Origin: Bacteroidales bacterium
GTDB lineage: Bacteria; Bacteroidota; Bacteroidia; Bacteroidales; WCHB1-69
DNA length: 64,000 nt
Direction: 5' to 3'
Assembly (NCBI GenBank): GCA_047638115.1
Contig: JBLJBB010000107.1
Location: 2,808 to 66,807 of the forward strand
A program made the translations under genes and the position numbers. This document shows, piece by piece, positions 45,032 through 55,251 of this stretch. A model generated the notes under the pieces. That model was given only the letters and a program-made list of their open reading frames with translations, was not told the origin of the DNA and made no database searches. Every line of letters starts with the position of its first letter. The first letter of the stretch is position 1.

Positions 45032-47773
45032 TCATCCACATTTAGAATACCCACAATTTGAACAGGTGAGGCATCCTTCTTGGAAGAAAATGGTTTCTTC
45101 GTTACAGTTAGGGCATTTTTTTCCTTTTTGTTTAGTTCCATCTTCGATAAAGCTTTTTAAAGCTCTCACTACACCGCTTCTCCAGGAATTGATGGTTTCT
45201 TCTCTGAAATTTAATCCATCGATAATGTTAACAACACTTTCGATTGGAATTTCGTGTCTTAGTAGTGCTGAAATCATTTTGGCATAATTCCAAAATTCGG
45301 GGTTAAAACAACGGGAAAGTCCACGCATAATCACTTCATAACCATCTTTATCATAGTATTTAAAGTCATACTGTTTACCACCTTTTGGATTTTTATTTTT
45401 GATAATAATCCCTTTTTCCAGCCATTGAGGTATTGGAAAACGATCCTCTTCGGTTTTTCCTGTGAAGATTTCATAAGGTCTATTATCTCTGGTTCCAATA
45501 AAAGCGACCCAATCTTCATTATTATTTTTAAATCTAACGATGTTTGCTTCAAGTTCTTGAGGTCTTTTAAGATCTTTAGTTTCAGGTTTTGGTTTTTCAG
45601 AAGCCGTAGTAGAAACGAAGATTCCATCTCTTGAACCCTCTCTATAAACGGTCATCCCTTTGCAACCAGATTCCCAAGCTTTGATATAAACTGCCCCAAC
45701 GGTTTCTTCGGAGGTGTTTTCAGGGAGATTGATTGTTACAGAGATAGAATGGTCAACCCATTTTTGAACAAGACCTTGGAGTTCCACTTTTTTGATATAG
45801 TCTGTATCTGCAGATGTTGATTTATAGTATGGCGATTTTTCAACGAGTGTTTGTACTTGGTTGTCATCCATATCAGCAAGAGTGGTACGTGAGATTCCTT
45901 GAGTTTCGGCCCAAACTAAAAATTTTGGATGGAAAACGTGGTACTCTTCAAAGTAGTCTCCATTAATATCACGGGTAGCTTTACGGTTGTTTAAGTCATT
46001 AGGATTTACTTTTCTTCTTCTTTTATAAACAACATTAAAAGCGGGTTCAATTCCAGAAGTAGTTTGCGTACAAATACTAACGCTTCCTGTTGGAGCAATA
46101 GTAAGAAGGGCAATATTTCTTCTTCCAAAGCGAACCATATCTTCGAATAATTTTTCATCAGCTTCTTTGAGGCGAAGAATAAATGGATTATGCGCTTCTT
46201 TTGTACAGCTATAGATTGGGAAAGCGCCTCTTTCTTTAGCTAATGTAACCGAAGAGCGATAAGCGGCTAATGCCAGTTGTTTATGTACTTCTTCAGAGAA
46301 TGCGTTTCCATGGTCAGATCCATAGCGAATATTTAAAGCGGCTAACATATCCCCTTCAGCAGTAATTCCAAGACCAGTACGACGACCTTTAAGAGTTTGT
46401 TTTTTGATTTTGTGCCAAAGATCAATTTCAACTCTCTTTACATCATCTGTTTCTGGATCACTCATCACTTTTTGTATAATTTGATCTATTTTTTCAATTT
46501 CTAAATCAATGATATCATCCATCAAACGTTGTCCATATTGAACATGTTGTTTGAAAAGGGGCATATCGAAAGTAGCATTTTCCGTAAATGGATTTTTAAC
46601 ATAAGAGTATAGATTCAAGGCAATCAATCTACAGCTATCGTATGGACAAAGTGGAATTTCGCCGCATGGATTTGTAGAAACGGTTTTAAAACCCTCATCT
46701 GCATAACAATCTGGAATCGCTTCTTGGCTGATTGTGTCCCAAAAAAGGATACCAGGTTCGGCGGATTTCCATGCATTGTATATTATTTTATTCCAAAGTT
46801 TTTTAGCATCAATCTCTTTTTTGAATTTAGGGTTTTCGCTATGAATTGGATATTGTTGAAGATATGGAGTGCCGTTTTTGACAGCATTCATAAATTCATT
46901 ATCAATTTTAACAGATACATTAGCTCCAGTTATTTTTCCAGGAGTCATTTTAGCATCAATAAAATTTTCTGAATCGGGGTGTTTGATTGATATTGATAGC
47001 ATAAGAGCACCTCTTCGGCCATCTTGAGCTACTTCACGTGTAGAGTTAGAGTATCTTTCCATAAAAGGAACAACTCCAGTTGATGAGATCGCACAATTTT
47101 TCACTTGACTACCAGAGGGGCGAATGTGAGAAAGATCGTGCCCAACGCCACCACGACGTTTCATCAATTGTACTTGTTCTTCATCCATTTTCATAATTCC
47201 ACCATAAGAATCGGAACGAGCATCATTGCCAATTACAAAACAATTAGATAAGGATGCTATTTGATAGTTGTTTCCAATTCCTGCCATTGGGCTTCCTTGA
47301 GGAATGATGTAACTAAATTTTTTGAAAAGATTATAAATCAACTCTTCATCCATAGGATTTGAGTATTTCTTTTCGATTCGGGCAAACTCTTTTGCCAAAC
47401 GACGGTGCATTTCATCTGGGCCTCTTTCAAGAAGATCCCCATTTTCATTTTTTAGGGAGTATTTATCAATCCATACTCCTGCTGCTAATTCATCTCCATC
47501 AAAATAAGCAACCACTTCTTCAAAAATCTCTTTTTTTGCATAAATTTGTGGTTTCCCACTCTCTGGCTGTTCTTCACTTTTCTCCATAATCATTTCTTCA
47601 GATTTTCCCTTTTCCTGTATTTCAAATTCATCCTCTATAAGTCCATTAAGTCTGTCTAAGACTTCCTCTCTAGATTCAATGAATTTCTGACCTATTAATG
47701 GTGTTGTTTCTGAAATTTTTTCGTCAACAAAAAGTTCTGAAATAAAGCCGGAAGAAGAAAATTCATTATTCAT
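45032..47773 (-). CDS. nrdJ: adenosylcobalamin-dependent (class II) ribonucleotide reductase
   Basis: Active-site block TNPCGEIPL, a long alpha/beta barrel, and a C-terminal CxxC...CxxC Zn-ribbon tail (CPNCNEE..CLTCSNCGYSKCG). 913 aa, with no adjacent beta subunit. Confidence 0.85.
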   Translation of the reverse strand: MNNEFSSSGFISELFVDEKISETTPLIGQKFIESREEVLDRLNGLIEDEFEIQEKGKSEEMIMEKSEEQPESGKPQIYAKKEIFEEVVAYFDGDELAAGVWIDKYSLKNENGDLLERGPDEMHRRLAKEFARIEKKYSNPMDEELIYNLFKKFSYIIPQGSPMAGIGNNYQIASLSNCFVIGNDARSDSYGGIMKMDEEQVQLMKRRGGVGHDLSHIRPSGSQVKNCAISSTGVVPFMERYSNSTREVAQDGRRGALMLSISIKHPDSENFIDAKMTPGKITGANVSVKIDNEFMNAVKNGTPYLQQYPIHSENPKFKKEIDAKKLWNKIIYNAWKSAEPGILFWDTISQEAIPDCYADEGFKTVSTNPCGEIPLCPYDSCRLIALNLYSYVKNPFTENATFDMPLFKQHVQYGQRLMDDIIDLEIEKIDQIIQKVMSDPETDDVKRVEIDLWHKIKKQTLKGRRTGLGITAEGDMLAALNIRYGSDHGNAFSEEVHKQLALAAYRSSVTLAKERGAFPIYSCTKEAHNPFILRLKEADEKLFEDMVRFGRRNIALLTIAPTGSVSICTQTTSGIEPAFNVVYKRRRKVNPNDLNNRKATRDINGDYFEEYHVFHPKFLVWAETQGISRTTLADMDDNQVQTLVEKSPYYKSTSADTDYIKKVELQGLVQKWVDHSISVTINLPENTSEETVGAVYIKAWESGCKGMTVYREGSRDGIFVSTTASEKPKPETKDLKRPQELEANIVRFKNNNEDWVAFIGTRDNRPYEIFTGKTEEDRFPIPQWLEKGIIIKNKNPKGGKQYDFKYYDKDGYEVIMRGLSRCFNPEFWNYAKMISALLRHEIPIESVVNIIDGLNFREETINSWRSGVVRALKSFIEDGTKQKGKKCPNCNEETIFFQEGCLTCSNCGYSKCG

Positions 47774-47921
47774 ATTTTTTTGTGTTTATTGTTTGTTTTT
47801 AATTCTAAAAATCATTTGTAAGTAATGCTTTCAAGCGTGAGTTGGGTTAAGTAAAGGAAGAAACATCTAAATGATAAGATTTTAGAAAGGACGGCAACCC
47901 TCCATTCTGAGTCTGCTAAAA

Positions 47922-47957
47922 TAAAAAATGGTTCTCAATTAGGAACCATTTTTTTTC
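47922..47957. terminator. bidirectional intrinsic terminator downstream of fabD
   Basis: AAAAAATGGTTC-TCAATTAG-GAACCATTTTTTTT. Confidence 0.75.
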
Positions 47958-48032
47958 ATATAATATTAACAAAATGACGTTAATATTTTTTTCTCTTGAC
48001 AGTTAATGAATTAGAAAATTGTTTTTTTGTTT

Positions 48033-48917
48033 TTATTTTTTTCCACTTAACTGTGCCACGGGATTTATTTTTTTGATAAGTCCTTGCAATACTTCACCAG
48101 GACCAAACTCTACGTAGTCATTAAACCCATCTGCACTCATATTTTGAATGGTATTTGTCCATAAAACAGGAGCCGTGAGTTGTCTGATGAGGTAGTTTTT
48201 GATCTCTATAGGATCAGTTGAAGGTAAAGCATTATAATTTTGATAAATAGGACAAATTGGGGTTTTAAAAGCTGTATTTTGAATCGCATTAGCAAGCTCT
48301 TCTTGTGCAGGGAGCATTAGAGGAGAGTGAAAAGCACCTCCCACATTTAACATCATAACTCTTTTAGCACCAGCGTTTTTAATTGCTTCACTAGCTAATT
48401 CTAGCCCTTTAAATGAACCCGAAATAACAATTTGCCCAGGACAATTGAAATTAGCTGGCACAACAACTTCATCAATAGATGCACAAATCTCTTTTACTTT
48501 TTCATCATCAAAACCGATTATTACTGCCATTCCTGATGGATTTAAAATGCATGCTTTTTGCATTGCATTGGCTCTTTTTGAAACTAATAATAAACCATCC
48601 GCAAAATCTAAAGTTTGATTAGCAACAAGAGCAGAAAATTCACCTAATGAGTGACCAGCTACTCCGTCTGGGATTAAGCCATCATTCAACATTTTAAATG
48701 CAATGGTAGAGTGAATAAAAATGGCAGGTTGCGTAATATGGGTTTCTTTTAAATCGGCATCAGTACCAAAAAACATCTTATCAGATATCGAAAAACCAAG
48801 AATGTCGTTCGCTTGTTCGAACATCTGTTTTGCTTCAGGATACAAATCATATAAGTTTTTTCCCATGCCAATAAATTGGGATCCTTGTCCAGGAAATACA
48901 CACGCTTTTTTGTTCAT
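48033..48917 (-). CDS. fabD: malonyl CoA-acyl carrier protein transacylase (ORF-track start 48983)
   Basis: FPGQGSQ, nucleophile elbow GHSLGE, and GAFHS. Start at Met23 (MNKKACVFPGQGSQ). Confidence 0.95.
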   Translation of the reverse strand: MNKKACVFPGQGSQFIGMGKNLYDLYPEAKQMFEQANDILGFSISDKMFFGTDADLKETHITQPAIFIHSTIAFKMLNDGLIPDGVAGHSLGEFSALVANQTLDFADGLLLVSKRANAMQKACILNPSGMAVIIGFDDEKVKEICASIDEVVVPANFNCPGQIVISGSFKGLELASEAIKNAGAKRVMMLNVGGAFHSPLMLPAQEELANAIQNTAFKTPICPIYQNYNALPSTDPIEIKNYLIRQLTAPVLWTNTIQNMSADGFNDYVEFGPGEVLQGLIKKINPVAQLSGKK

Positions 48918-48945
48918 AATTATCTTTAATAAGTGAATAATGTTG

Positions 48946-48953
48946 CAAAAATA
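48946..48953 (-). promoter_or_regulatory. -7 box upstream of fabD
   Basis: Minus-strand TATTTTTG 29 nt upstream of the ATG at 48917. Confidence 0.5.
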
Positions 48954-49061
48954 CGCAATTTTCTTAATATTTTCAGAATTCAAATTGTTAATTTGATTTT
49001 CTGTTTAAAACTTTCATAAAATTTGAATATATTTTATGTACGATAATATAAAAAAATCGTT

Positions 49062-49069
49062 TATCTTTG
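49062..49069 (+). promoter_or_regulatory. -7 box upstream of pyrH-frr
   Basis: TATCTTTG 14 nt upstream of the ATG. Confidence 0.45.
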
Positions 49070-49082
49070 CAGGCAAATTAAA

Positions 49083-49793
49083 ATGATGAAATATAAACGT
49101 ATTTTATTGAAATTGAGTGGTGAATCTCTTATGGGTTCCGATCATTATGGTATTAATTATGATGCAGTGTTACATTATGCAACAGAAATTAAATCTGCAA
49201 TTGATCTTGGAGTTCAAGTGGGTGTTGTAATTGGAGGTGGAAATATCTTTAGAGGTGTTAAAGGTTCCACCAAAGGATTTGATCGAAGACAAGGTGATTA
49301 TATGGGTATGCTTGCAACCATGATAAATGGTTTGTCATTACAAACAGTTTTAGAAGAGATTGGGATACCCTCAAAAGTTTTTTCGGCCTTAGCCATTGAT
49401 GGTGTTTTTGAAAAGATCCATTTTGCTAAAGCAGAGTACCATCTTTTAAATCAGAATGTAGTAATTTTTGCAGCAGGTACAGGAAATCCTTTTTTCACTA
49501 CTGATTCAGCAGCAGCTTTACGTGCAGTGGAGATTAAAGCTGACTTGTTTCTAAAAGGAACCAGAGTTGATGGTGTTTACACTTCTGATCCAGAAGTTAA
49601 TCCTTCTGCTACTAAATATTCTGAACTTACTTTTGATGATGCCTATTCAAAAAATCTAAATATTCTTGATCTCACCGCTTTTACGCTTTGCAAAGAAAAT
49701 AATATGCCCTTGTATGTTTATGATGCCAATACAAAAGGTAATCTTAAAAAAATATTAACAGGGGAGCACATTGGTACAATAATAAATAATTAA
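49083..49793 (+). CDS. pyrH: UMP kinase
   Basis: KRILLKLSGE, GGGNIFRG and TGNPFFTTDSAAALRA blocks. Confidence 0.96.
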   Translation: MMKYKRILLKLSGESLMGSDHYGINYDAVLHYATEIKSAIDLGVQVGVVIGGGNIFRGVKGSTKGFDRRQGDYMGMLATMINGLSLQTVLEEIGIPSKVFSALAIDGVFEKIHFAKAEYHLLNQNVVIFAAGTGNPFFTTDSAAALRAVEIKADLFLKGTRVDGVYTSDPEVNPSATKYSELTFDDAYSKNLNILDLTAFTLCKENNMPLYVYDANTKGNLKKILTGEHIGTIINN

Positions 49794-49797
49794 AAAT

Positions 49798-50358
49798 ATG
49801 GAAGAAACAGTACAGTGTTTAAATTCAACGAAGGAAGGGATGAATCTTGTAATCAATTTTTTTGAAAAAGAGATTCAAAAAATTAGAGCAGGGAAAGCTT
49901 CTCCTCAAATGTTAGATGGATTAAAAGTTGATTATTATGGAAATCCTACACCTATTGAACAGATAGGCAATATTAGTACACCTGATGCCAGACAAATTAT
50001 AATCCAACCTTGGGAGCGCAATATGCTTCAACCTATAGAAAAAGCAATTTTAGCAGCTAATTTGGGCTTTACTCCTCAAAATAATGGTGAATTTATTAGA
50101 ATAACAGTACCTTCTCCTACCGAAGAGCGTAGAAAAGAGTTGGTTAAAAAGACAAAACAAGAAGCTGAACAAGCCAAAGTTGGAGTGAGAAATGTGAGAA
50201 GAGTTTCTAATGAGACTGCAAAAAAATTAAAAGATAACGGAACTCCTGAAGACGAAATTAAAAAATTAGAAAATGATATCCAAAAAGTAACAGACGAATT
50301 TATTGCCAAAATCGATAAATTGTATGATGTTAAAGAAAAAGAGATAATGACCATTTAA
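49798..50358 (+). CDS. frr: ribosome recycling factor
   Basis: 186 aa with IRAGKASP..L and TEERRKELVK blocks. Downstream of pyrH. Confidence 0.96.
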   Translation: MEETVQCLNSTKEGMNLVINFFEKEIQKIRAGKASPQMLDGLKVDYYGNPTPIEQIGNISTPDARQIIIQPWERNMLQPIEKAILAANLGFTPQNNGEFIRITVPSPTEERRKELVKKTKQEAEQAKVGVRNVRRVSNETAKKLKDNGTPEDEIKKLENDIQKVTDEFIAKIDKLYDVKEKEIMTI

Positions 50359-50386
50359 TTATTTAAAAACCTTAAAAAATACTATT

Positions 50387-50764
50387 ATGAATGTACCTAG
50401 TAATTTAAAGTACACAAAAGATCATGAATGGATCGTATGTGATGGCGAGTTTGCCACAATCGGAATCACTGCATACGCAGTAGAACAACTTGGAGATATC
50501 GTTTTTGTTGATATTGATACAGTTGGTGAAAATCTAGCAGCAGAAGAGGTTTTTGGAACTATCGAAGCTGTAAAAACAGTTTCAGATCTTTACATCCCAA
50601 TGGGTGGAGAAGTTTTAGAGTTCAACACAGAACTTGAAGGAAATCCAGGATTAATTAATTCTGATCCTTACAACGCAGGTTGGATTATCAAAATTAAAGT
50701 TTCAAATATGGATGAAGCTGCACATTTATTAACTCCAGAACAATATATTGAAATTATAAAATAA
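50387..50764 (+). CDS. gcvH: glycine cleavage system protein H
   Basis: YTKDHEW and the lipoyl-lysine block IEAVKTVSDLY. 125 aa. Confidence 0.95.
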   Translation: MNVPSNLKYTKDHEWIVCDGEFATIGITAYAVEQLGDIVFVDIDTVGENLAAEEVFGTIEAVKTVSDLYIPMGGEVLEFNTELEGNPGLINSDPYNAGWIIKIKVSNMDEAAHLLTPEQYIEIIK

Positions 50765-50837
50765 TTCAATAGAGTTCCTCTCTTTTTTACAATGATTTTT
50801 TTGTTCAAAGTACAATAAAATAAATAAAAAAAAGTTA

Positions 50838-50845
50838 TATCTTTG
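50838..50845 (+). promoter_or_regulatory. -7 box upstream of the first tonB-like gene
   Basis: TATCTTTG followed by CAAAC, 46 nt upstream of the ATG. Confidence 0.45.
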
Positions 50846-50890
50846 CAAACTATATTAAAGTAATAAAGAACCGTTATAATATTAGTAAAA

Positions 50891-51577
50891 ATGATTGAGA
50901 AAAAATCAGTTAAAGGGGATATAGACAAAAAACGTAACACATTCTTATTGATGGGGTTGGTTATTGTTTTAGCATTCGTTTATGCAGGATTTGAACTGTT
51001 TGCAACATCTGATCTTAGCCAGGATATGACAATGGCTGATGATGAAGATATTGTAATCGTTGATGATCAAATTCTGAATACTGACGTACAACCCCCACCT
51101 CCACCTCCAGAAGTTCAACAAAATCAAGATGTAGTTCTTGAGATCGTAGATGACAATATTAAAGTTGAAACAACTTTCGACTTCAGCCAAGATTTTAATC
51201 AAGATGAAGCCATTACAGATTACACGCCTGTGGATATTATCCAAGAAGAAGAGGATGTTGCACCACCAGTGAGATTTGTAGAAGATATGCCAGAGTTCCC
51301 AGGTGGAATGGAAGCACTTCCTGCTTACTTGAAAAGAGAGGTTAGATATCCAGAAGTTTGTCGTCAATTAGGAGTTACTGGTGTTGTTTTAGTTGAGTTC
51401 GTTGTTGAAAAAGATGGATCTATCTCTAATGTAAAAGTATTAGTTCCTGCTTATCCAGAACTAGATGCTGAAGCAGTGAGAGTTATTACCAATTTCCCTA
51501 AATGGAAACCAGGTAAACAAATGGGTAAAGCAGTAAGAGTTTTCTTCCAAGTTCCAATTCGATTCTCTCTAAGTTAA
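50891..51577 (+). CDS. energy transducer TonB family protein
   Basis: N-terminal TM anchor, Pro-rich spacer (QPPPPPPEVQQ), and TonB C-terminal domain (MPEFPGG..YP..GV.G.V.V.F.V.KDG...V.V). Confidence 0.85.
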   Translation: MIEKKSVKGDIDKKRNTFLLMGLVIVLAFVYAGFELFATSDLSQDMTMADDEDIVIVDDQILNTDVQPPPPPPEVQQNQDVVLEIVDDNIKVETTFDFSQDFNQDEAITDYTPVDIIQEEEDVAPPVRFVEDMPEFPGGMEALPAYLKREVRYPEVCRQLGVTGVVLVEFVVEKDGSISNVKVLVPAYPELDAEAVRVITNFPKWKPGKQMGKAVRVFFQVPIRFSLS

Positions 51578-51604
51578 CACTGTTTTTCCATAAAATCATA
51601 TATA

Positions 51605-51640
51605 AATCCTTGTCAATGAATTTGATAAGGATTTTTTTTT
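51605..51640 (+). terminator. intrinsic terminator after the first tonB-like gene
   Basis: AATCCTTGTCAA-TGAAT-TTGATAAGGATT (12-bp stem with one G-U pair) followed by T9. Confidence 0.75.
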
Positions 51641-51708
51641 GAATATAATTTTTAGGTTTTTAATAACGTTTTAATAATAAAGAGTTATTCACATTAAAAC
51701 CTAAAGTC

Positions 51709-52386
51709 ATGGAACCAAAGAAAAAATTAAAAGGGGATCTCGAGAGTAAAAAGAGATCTTATTTACTACTTGGCATTGTATTAGTTCTTTCAATAGTCTA
51801 TGCTGGGTTTGAACTCTATGCAACTTCTGATATTCAAAAAACTAAAAGTATAAATGATGAAGATGTTGTTTTTTATATAGAACCTGAGGTTCCACGAACA
51901 GAACCACTACCTCCAAAACCTATAAAAGATATTTTTAAAGATATTGTAATAGAAGTGGTTTCTAATGAAAAAATACTTCTAAATGATCCAAATATTTTTA
52001 ATATTGAAGTGGGAGAGATTGATACAACAACATACATTATTCCTATCATCATTGAACAAGAAGTTGATGATAAGATTGTAGATTTTGTTCAAGATATGCC
52101 GCAATTTATTGGAGAGGATGGTACTTTTGAGAATTATATCAAAAAGAATGTAAAATATCCTGATTATGCTAAACTATTGGGTGTTACAGGTGTAGTATTA
52201 TTAGAGTTTGTTGTTGAGAAAGATGGATCTGTTTCTAATGTTAAAGTTTTACAAAGTGTATATCCTGATTTAGATGCAGAAGCCATTAGAGTAGTCTCAT
52301 CTTCCCCAACATGGAAGCCCGGAAAACAATCATTTATCCCTGTTAGAGTTAAGCAAATTGTACCCATTAGATTTGTGTTAAATTAG
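51709..52386 (+). CDS. energy transducer TonB family protein (tandem paralogue)
   Basis: Same architecture as 50891..51577. The N-terminal anchor and C-terminal domain align closely (LGVTGVVLLEFVVEKDGSVSNVKVL). Confidence 0.85.
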   Translation: MEPKKKLKGDLESKKRSYLLLGIVLVLSIVYAGFELYATSDIQKTKSINDEDVVFYIEPEVPRTEPLPPKPIKDIFKDIVIEVVSNEKILLNDPNIFNIEVGEIDTTTYIIPIIIEQEVDDKIVDFVQDMPQFIGEDGTFENYIKKNVKYPDYAKLLGVTGVVLLEFVVEKDGSVSNVKVLQSVYPDLDAEAIRVVSSSPTWKPGKQSFIPVRVKQIVPIRFVLN

Positions 52387-52482
52387 AGGTTTATAATCAA
52401 TTCAAAATAGGGGAGTATAACCTTTCCTGTTGACATTCCAAATTCTTTCTTAAATAAGTTTCAATAATTGAAAAATTTGGTG

Positions 52483-52490
52483 TAATTTTG
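52483..52490 (+). promoter_or_regulatory. -7 box upstream of nusB
   Basis: TAATTTTG followed by CAC, 26 nt upstream of the ATG. Confidence 0.45.
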
Positions 52491-52515
52491 CACACTTAAA
52501 AATTAGAAAGATAGA

Positions 52516-53463
52516 ATGGTAAGCAGACGTTATTTGAGGACTAAGGTGATGCAAGCAGTTTTTGCATATGAAGCCAATGAAAAAGAGGATATAATCCTGG
52601 GTGAAAAAAAATTAATAGCTTCTGTTGAAGGGTGTTATAGGTTATTTTGTTATTTTCTTTCTCTATTTCCAGAGTTAAAAAGAAATAGACTTAACAAAAT
52701 TGAAGATCTAAAAAGCAAGAACACGTTAACGTATGATGACTTACATCCCAATACAAAATTTGTCGAAAATCAAGTCATTGCTCAAATTGAAGATAATATT
52801 ATTCTGAATCAATTATGGAATAAATATAGAATTCATTGGAATGATCAATCAGATTTTATTGTACAAATCTTCAATGAGATTGCACTAAATCTTGACTTTA
52901 TTCAATACATGGAAAATCCTGAAAGAAGTTATGAAGAGGATAAAAAAATAGTATTGAGTATTTTGGAAAATGTATTTGCTAAAAGTGAACTTTTGCATTG
53001 GTTTTTAGAAGAGATGAATGTACATTGGTTTGATGATTATAACGAAGCTCTTCTTATGGTGTATAAAAATATACAGCAATTTAGCTTGAAAAAAGGGGAT
53101 TCTAATAAGATTTTACCGATGTATAAAGATCCCATTGAAGATTTAAAATTTTATAAAACATTATATCATCAAACGGTATTAAATTCTGAAAAATTTTCCA
53201 CTTTAATTGAAAATAAACTTCAAAATTGGGAACTCGAAAGGATTATGGGAATAGATATGATTTTGATGAAAATGGCCATTTGTGAATTTGTTGAATTTCC
53301 AGAAATACCAGTTAAAGTTACTATTAATGAGTATATTGAATTAGCAAAATGTTACAGTTCTGCAAAAAGTGGTCTTTTCATAAATGGGATGCTCGATAGA
53401 ATTGTCGTAGAACTCAAAGATGAAGGGAAATTGAATAAAATGGGAAGAGGTCTTATCAACTAA
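52516..53463 (+). CDS. nusB: transcription antitermination factor NusB (long Bacteroidota form)
   Basis: N-terminal RR.LR.KVMQ..FA and C-terminal NusB fold block (INEYIELAK.YSS..S..FINGMLD). Confidence 0.8.
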   Translation: MVSRRYLRTKVMQAVFAYEANEKEDIILGEKKLIASVEGCYRLFCYFLSLFPELKRNRLNKIEDLKSKNTLTYDDLHPNTKFVENQVIAQIEDNIILNQLWNKYRIHWNDQSDFIVQIFNEIALNLDFIQYMENPERSYEEDKKIVLSILENVFAKSELLHWFLEEMNVHWFDDYNEALLMVYKNIQQFSLKKGDSNKILPMYKDPIEDLKFYKTLYHQTVLNSEKFSTLIENKLQNWELERIMGIDMILMKMAICEFVEFPEIPVKVTINEYIELAKCYSSAKSGLFINGMLDRIVVELKDEGKLNKMGRGLIN

Positions 53464-53491
53464 TATAATAATTACAATAAATTAAAATTTC

Positions 53492-53938
53492 ATGAAAAAT
53501 CTGGCACTATATCTATTCTTGTCAATTTTTATTTTAGCATGTGGTAACTCCAAAAAAGATGGCATTGATGCTGATATCATTAATAATCCAGCTACTGCAG
53601 ATGGTATTGATCCAGCTAAAGCAGATAAAATGCCTGTTATAACTTTTGAAAAAGTTTTACATGATTTCGGGTATGTTACTAAAGGGGAACGATTAAGCTA
53701 CTCATTTAAATTTAAGAATAGTGGAAAATCAAATTTGATCATATCATACGTTGAATCTTCCTGTGGATGTACCACTTCATCACCTCCAAAAGCACCCATA
53801 AAACCAGGTGAATCCGGTGAAATTAAAGTTACTTTTGATTCTAAAACAAAAAATGGCAAAACTTCAAGCCAAGTATTAGTTACTGCAAACGCATACCCTG
53901 TTAAAACATTATTAACCGTAAATGCAGACGTTAAATAA
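53492..53938 (+). CDS. DUF1573 domain lipoprotein
   Basis: Lipobox ILAC plus HDFG.V.KGE...F.F.N.G...L.I..V..SCGCT..S.P..PI.PGE.G.I.V.F, the typical DUF1573 signature. Confidence 0.8.
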   Translation: MKNLALYLFLSIFILACGNSKKDGIDADIINNPATADGIDPAKADKMPVITFEKVLHDFGYVTKGERLSYSFKFKNSGKSNLIISYVESSCGCTTSSPPKAPIKPGESGEIKVTFDSKTKNGKTSSQVLVTANAYPVKTLLTVNADVK

Positions 53939-53969
53939 CCATATATAACCTTATTAAAAAACAAAGATT

Positions 53970-54293
53970 ATGAACATGCAAACAATTTTATTATTAGCTC
54001 AACAATCGGGTGAAAAACCAGCAGGTGGTGGATATCAAATGCTAATTTTCTTAGGACTAATGATTTTAGTTTTCTATTTCTTTATGATTCGTCCTCAACA
54101 AAAAAAACAAAAACAGATCAAAGAGTTTAGAGAAAACATAAAAAGAGGTGACAAAATTATTACTATCGGTGGTATTCATGGTAAAATAGTTGATGTACAA
54201 GATGCAACTTTTACTGTTGAAATTAGTGATAATGTTAAAATTACTATTGAAAAAGCAGCCGTTGCTATTGATGGTAATGAAACTAAAAAATAA
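53970..54293 (+). CDS. yajC: preprotein translocase subunit YajC
   Basis: Single TM helix followed by RPQQKKQK..F...L.KGD.I.T.GG..G.I. Confidence 0.9.
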   Translation: MNMQTILLLAQQSGEKPAGGGYQMLIFLGLMILVFYFFMIRPQQKKQKQIKEFRENIKRGDKIITIGGIHGKIVDVQDATFTVEISDNVKITIEKAAVAIDGNETKK

Positions 54294-54297
54294 TTAA

Positions 54298-54720
54298 ATG
54301 CCAGAAAGGGAGGATAAAAAAATTAAGCCAAGAATAACATCTGGGACATTTCTCATTTGTTTAACCATTGCTTTTTTGGGATGGATTATTGTTACATTCT
54401 CAAAAGAGTATGTGCAAACACTTGAGTGTAAAGTAACTTATTCTGCTCTTCCCAAAGGTATAAAATCGATAACATCTTCGGATACTATTGCTTATATTAC
54501 TTTTAAATCAAAAGGATTTAATTATTTAAAATACAGTTTTACTGATAAATACAAAACATTGGATCTCTCAATAAAAGAACTTACTCAGAAAAAAGGGAAA
54601 AGAAATGTATATTCCTTTTCAAAAAAGGAACTTTCAGAATATATTCGAGAAAGTGCTATTTATGGCTCAACTTTTGTAGAGATTCAAAAACCAGAATCGT
54701 TGACGATTTACATGAAATAA
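54298..54720 (+). CDS. hypothetical membrane-anchored protein (possibly a short YbbR-like protein)
   Basis: One N-terminal TM helix. Lies between yajC and coaE. Confidence 0.45.
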   Translation: MPEREDKKIKPRITSGTFLICLTIAFLGWIIVTFSKEYVQTLECKVTYSALPKGIKSITSSDTIAYITFKSKGFNYLKYSFTDKYKTLDLSIKELTQKKGKRNVYSFSKKELSEYIRESAIYGSTFVEIQKPESLTIYMK

Positions 54721-54725
54721 TTGCT

Positions 54726-55250
54726 ATGTTAAAGATTGTCTTAACTGGCGGAATAGGAACAGGAAAAACCTATCTATCTAAGCACTTTATAGATATGGGG
54801 ATTCCTGTTTTTTATGCAGATGAGGAAGCGAAAAAATTGTATAATGACCCAGAGGTGATTCAGTTTTTTTATCATCGTTTTGGGGAATCCATATTTTCAA
54901 ATCAAAAATTAGATTTTCTTAAATTAGCAAACCTTGTTTTTTCGGATCCAGCATTAAGATTGGAAGTAAACCAATATATTCATCCCCTCGTGTTTCAAAA
55001 GTTTGAAAAATGGGCTTTAGAACAAGGTACACCCAGCGTAATGATGGAGAGTGCTATCATCTTTGAAGCAGGGCTAGATCATTTTTTCGACAAAATTATT
55101 GTAGTGGATGCACCTTTAGAAGTTAGAATCTCCAGAATACAAAAAAGATCTCCACATCTGAGTCATGAGGAGATCATGGAGAGAATAGCTGCTCAAATTT
55201 CTCAAGAAGAGAAGTGTAAAAGAGCAGATATTGTTATTTCAAATCCATAA
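54726..55250 (+). CDS. coaE: dephospho-CoA kinase
   Basis: P-loop LTGGIGTGKT. 174 aa. Confidence 0.9.
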   Translation: MLKIVLTGGIGTGKTYLSKHFIDMGIPVFYADEEAKKLYNDPEVIQFFYHRFGESIFSNQKLDFLKLANLVFSDPALRLEVNQYIHPLVFQKFEKWALEQGTPSVMMESAIIFEAGLDHFFDKIIVVDAPLEVRISRIQKRSPHLSHEEIMERIAAQISQEEKCKRADIVISNP

Positions 55251-55251
55251 A

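Noticed and set aside
47774-47925. Cobalamin riboswitch or other leader upstream of the B12-dependent nrdJ.
   Set aside because: I could not find the B12-box or the GCCACTG core, nor a convincing multi-stem fold, in the 150-nt leader. B12 riboswitches normally control B12-independent isozymes, not nrdJ.
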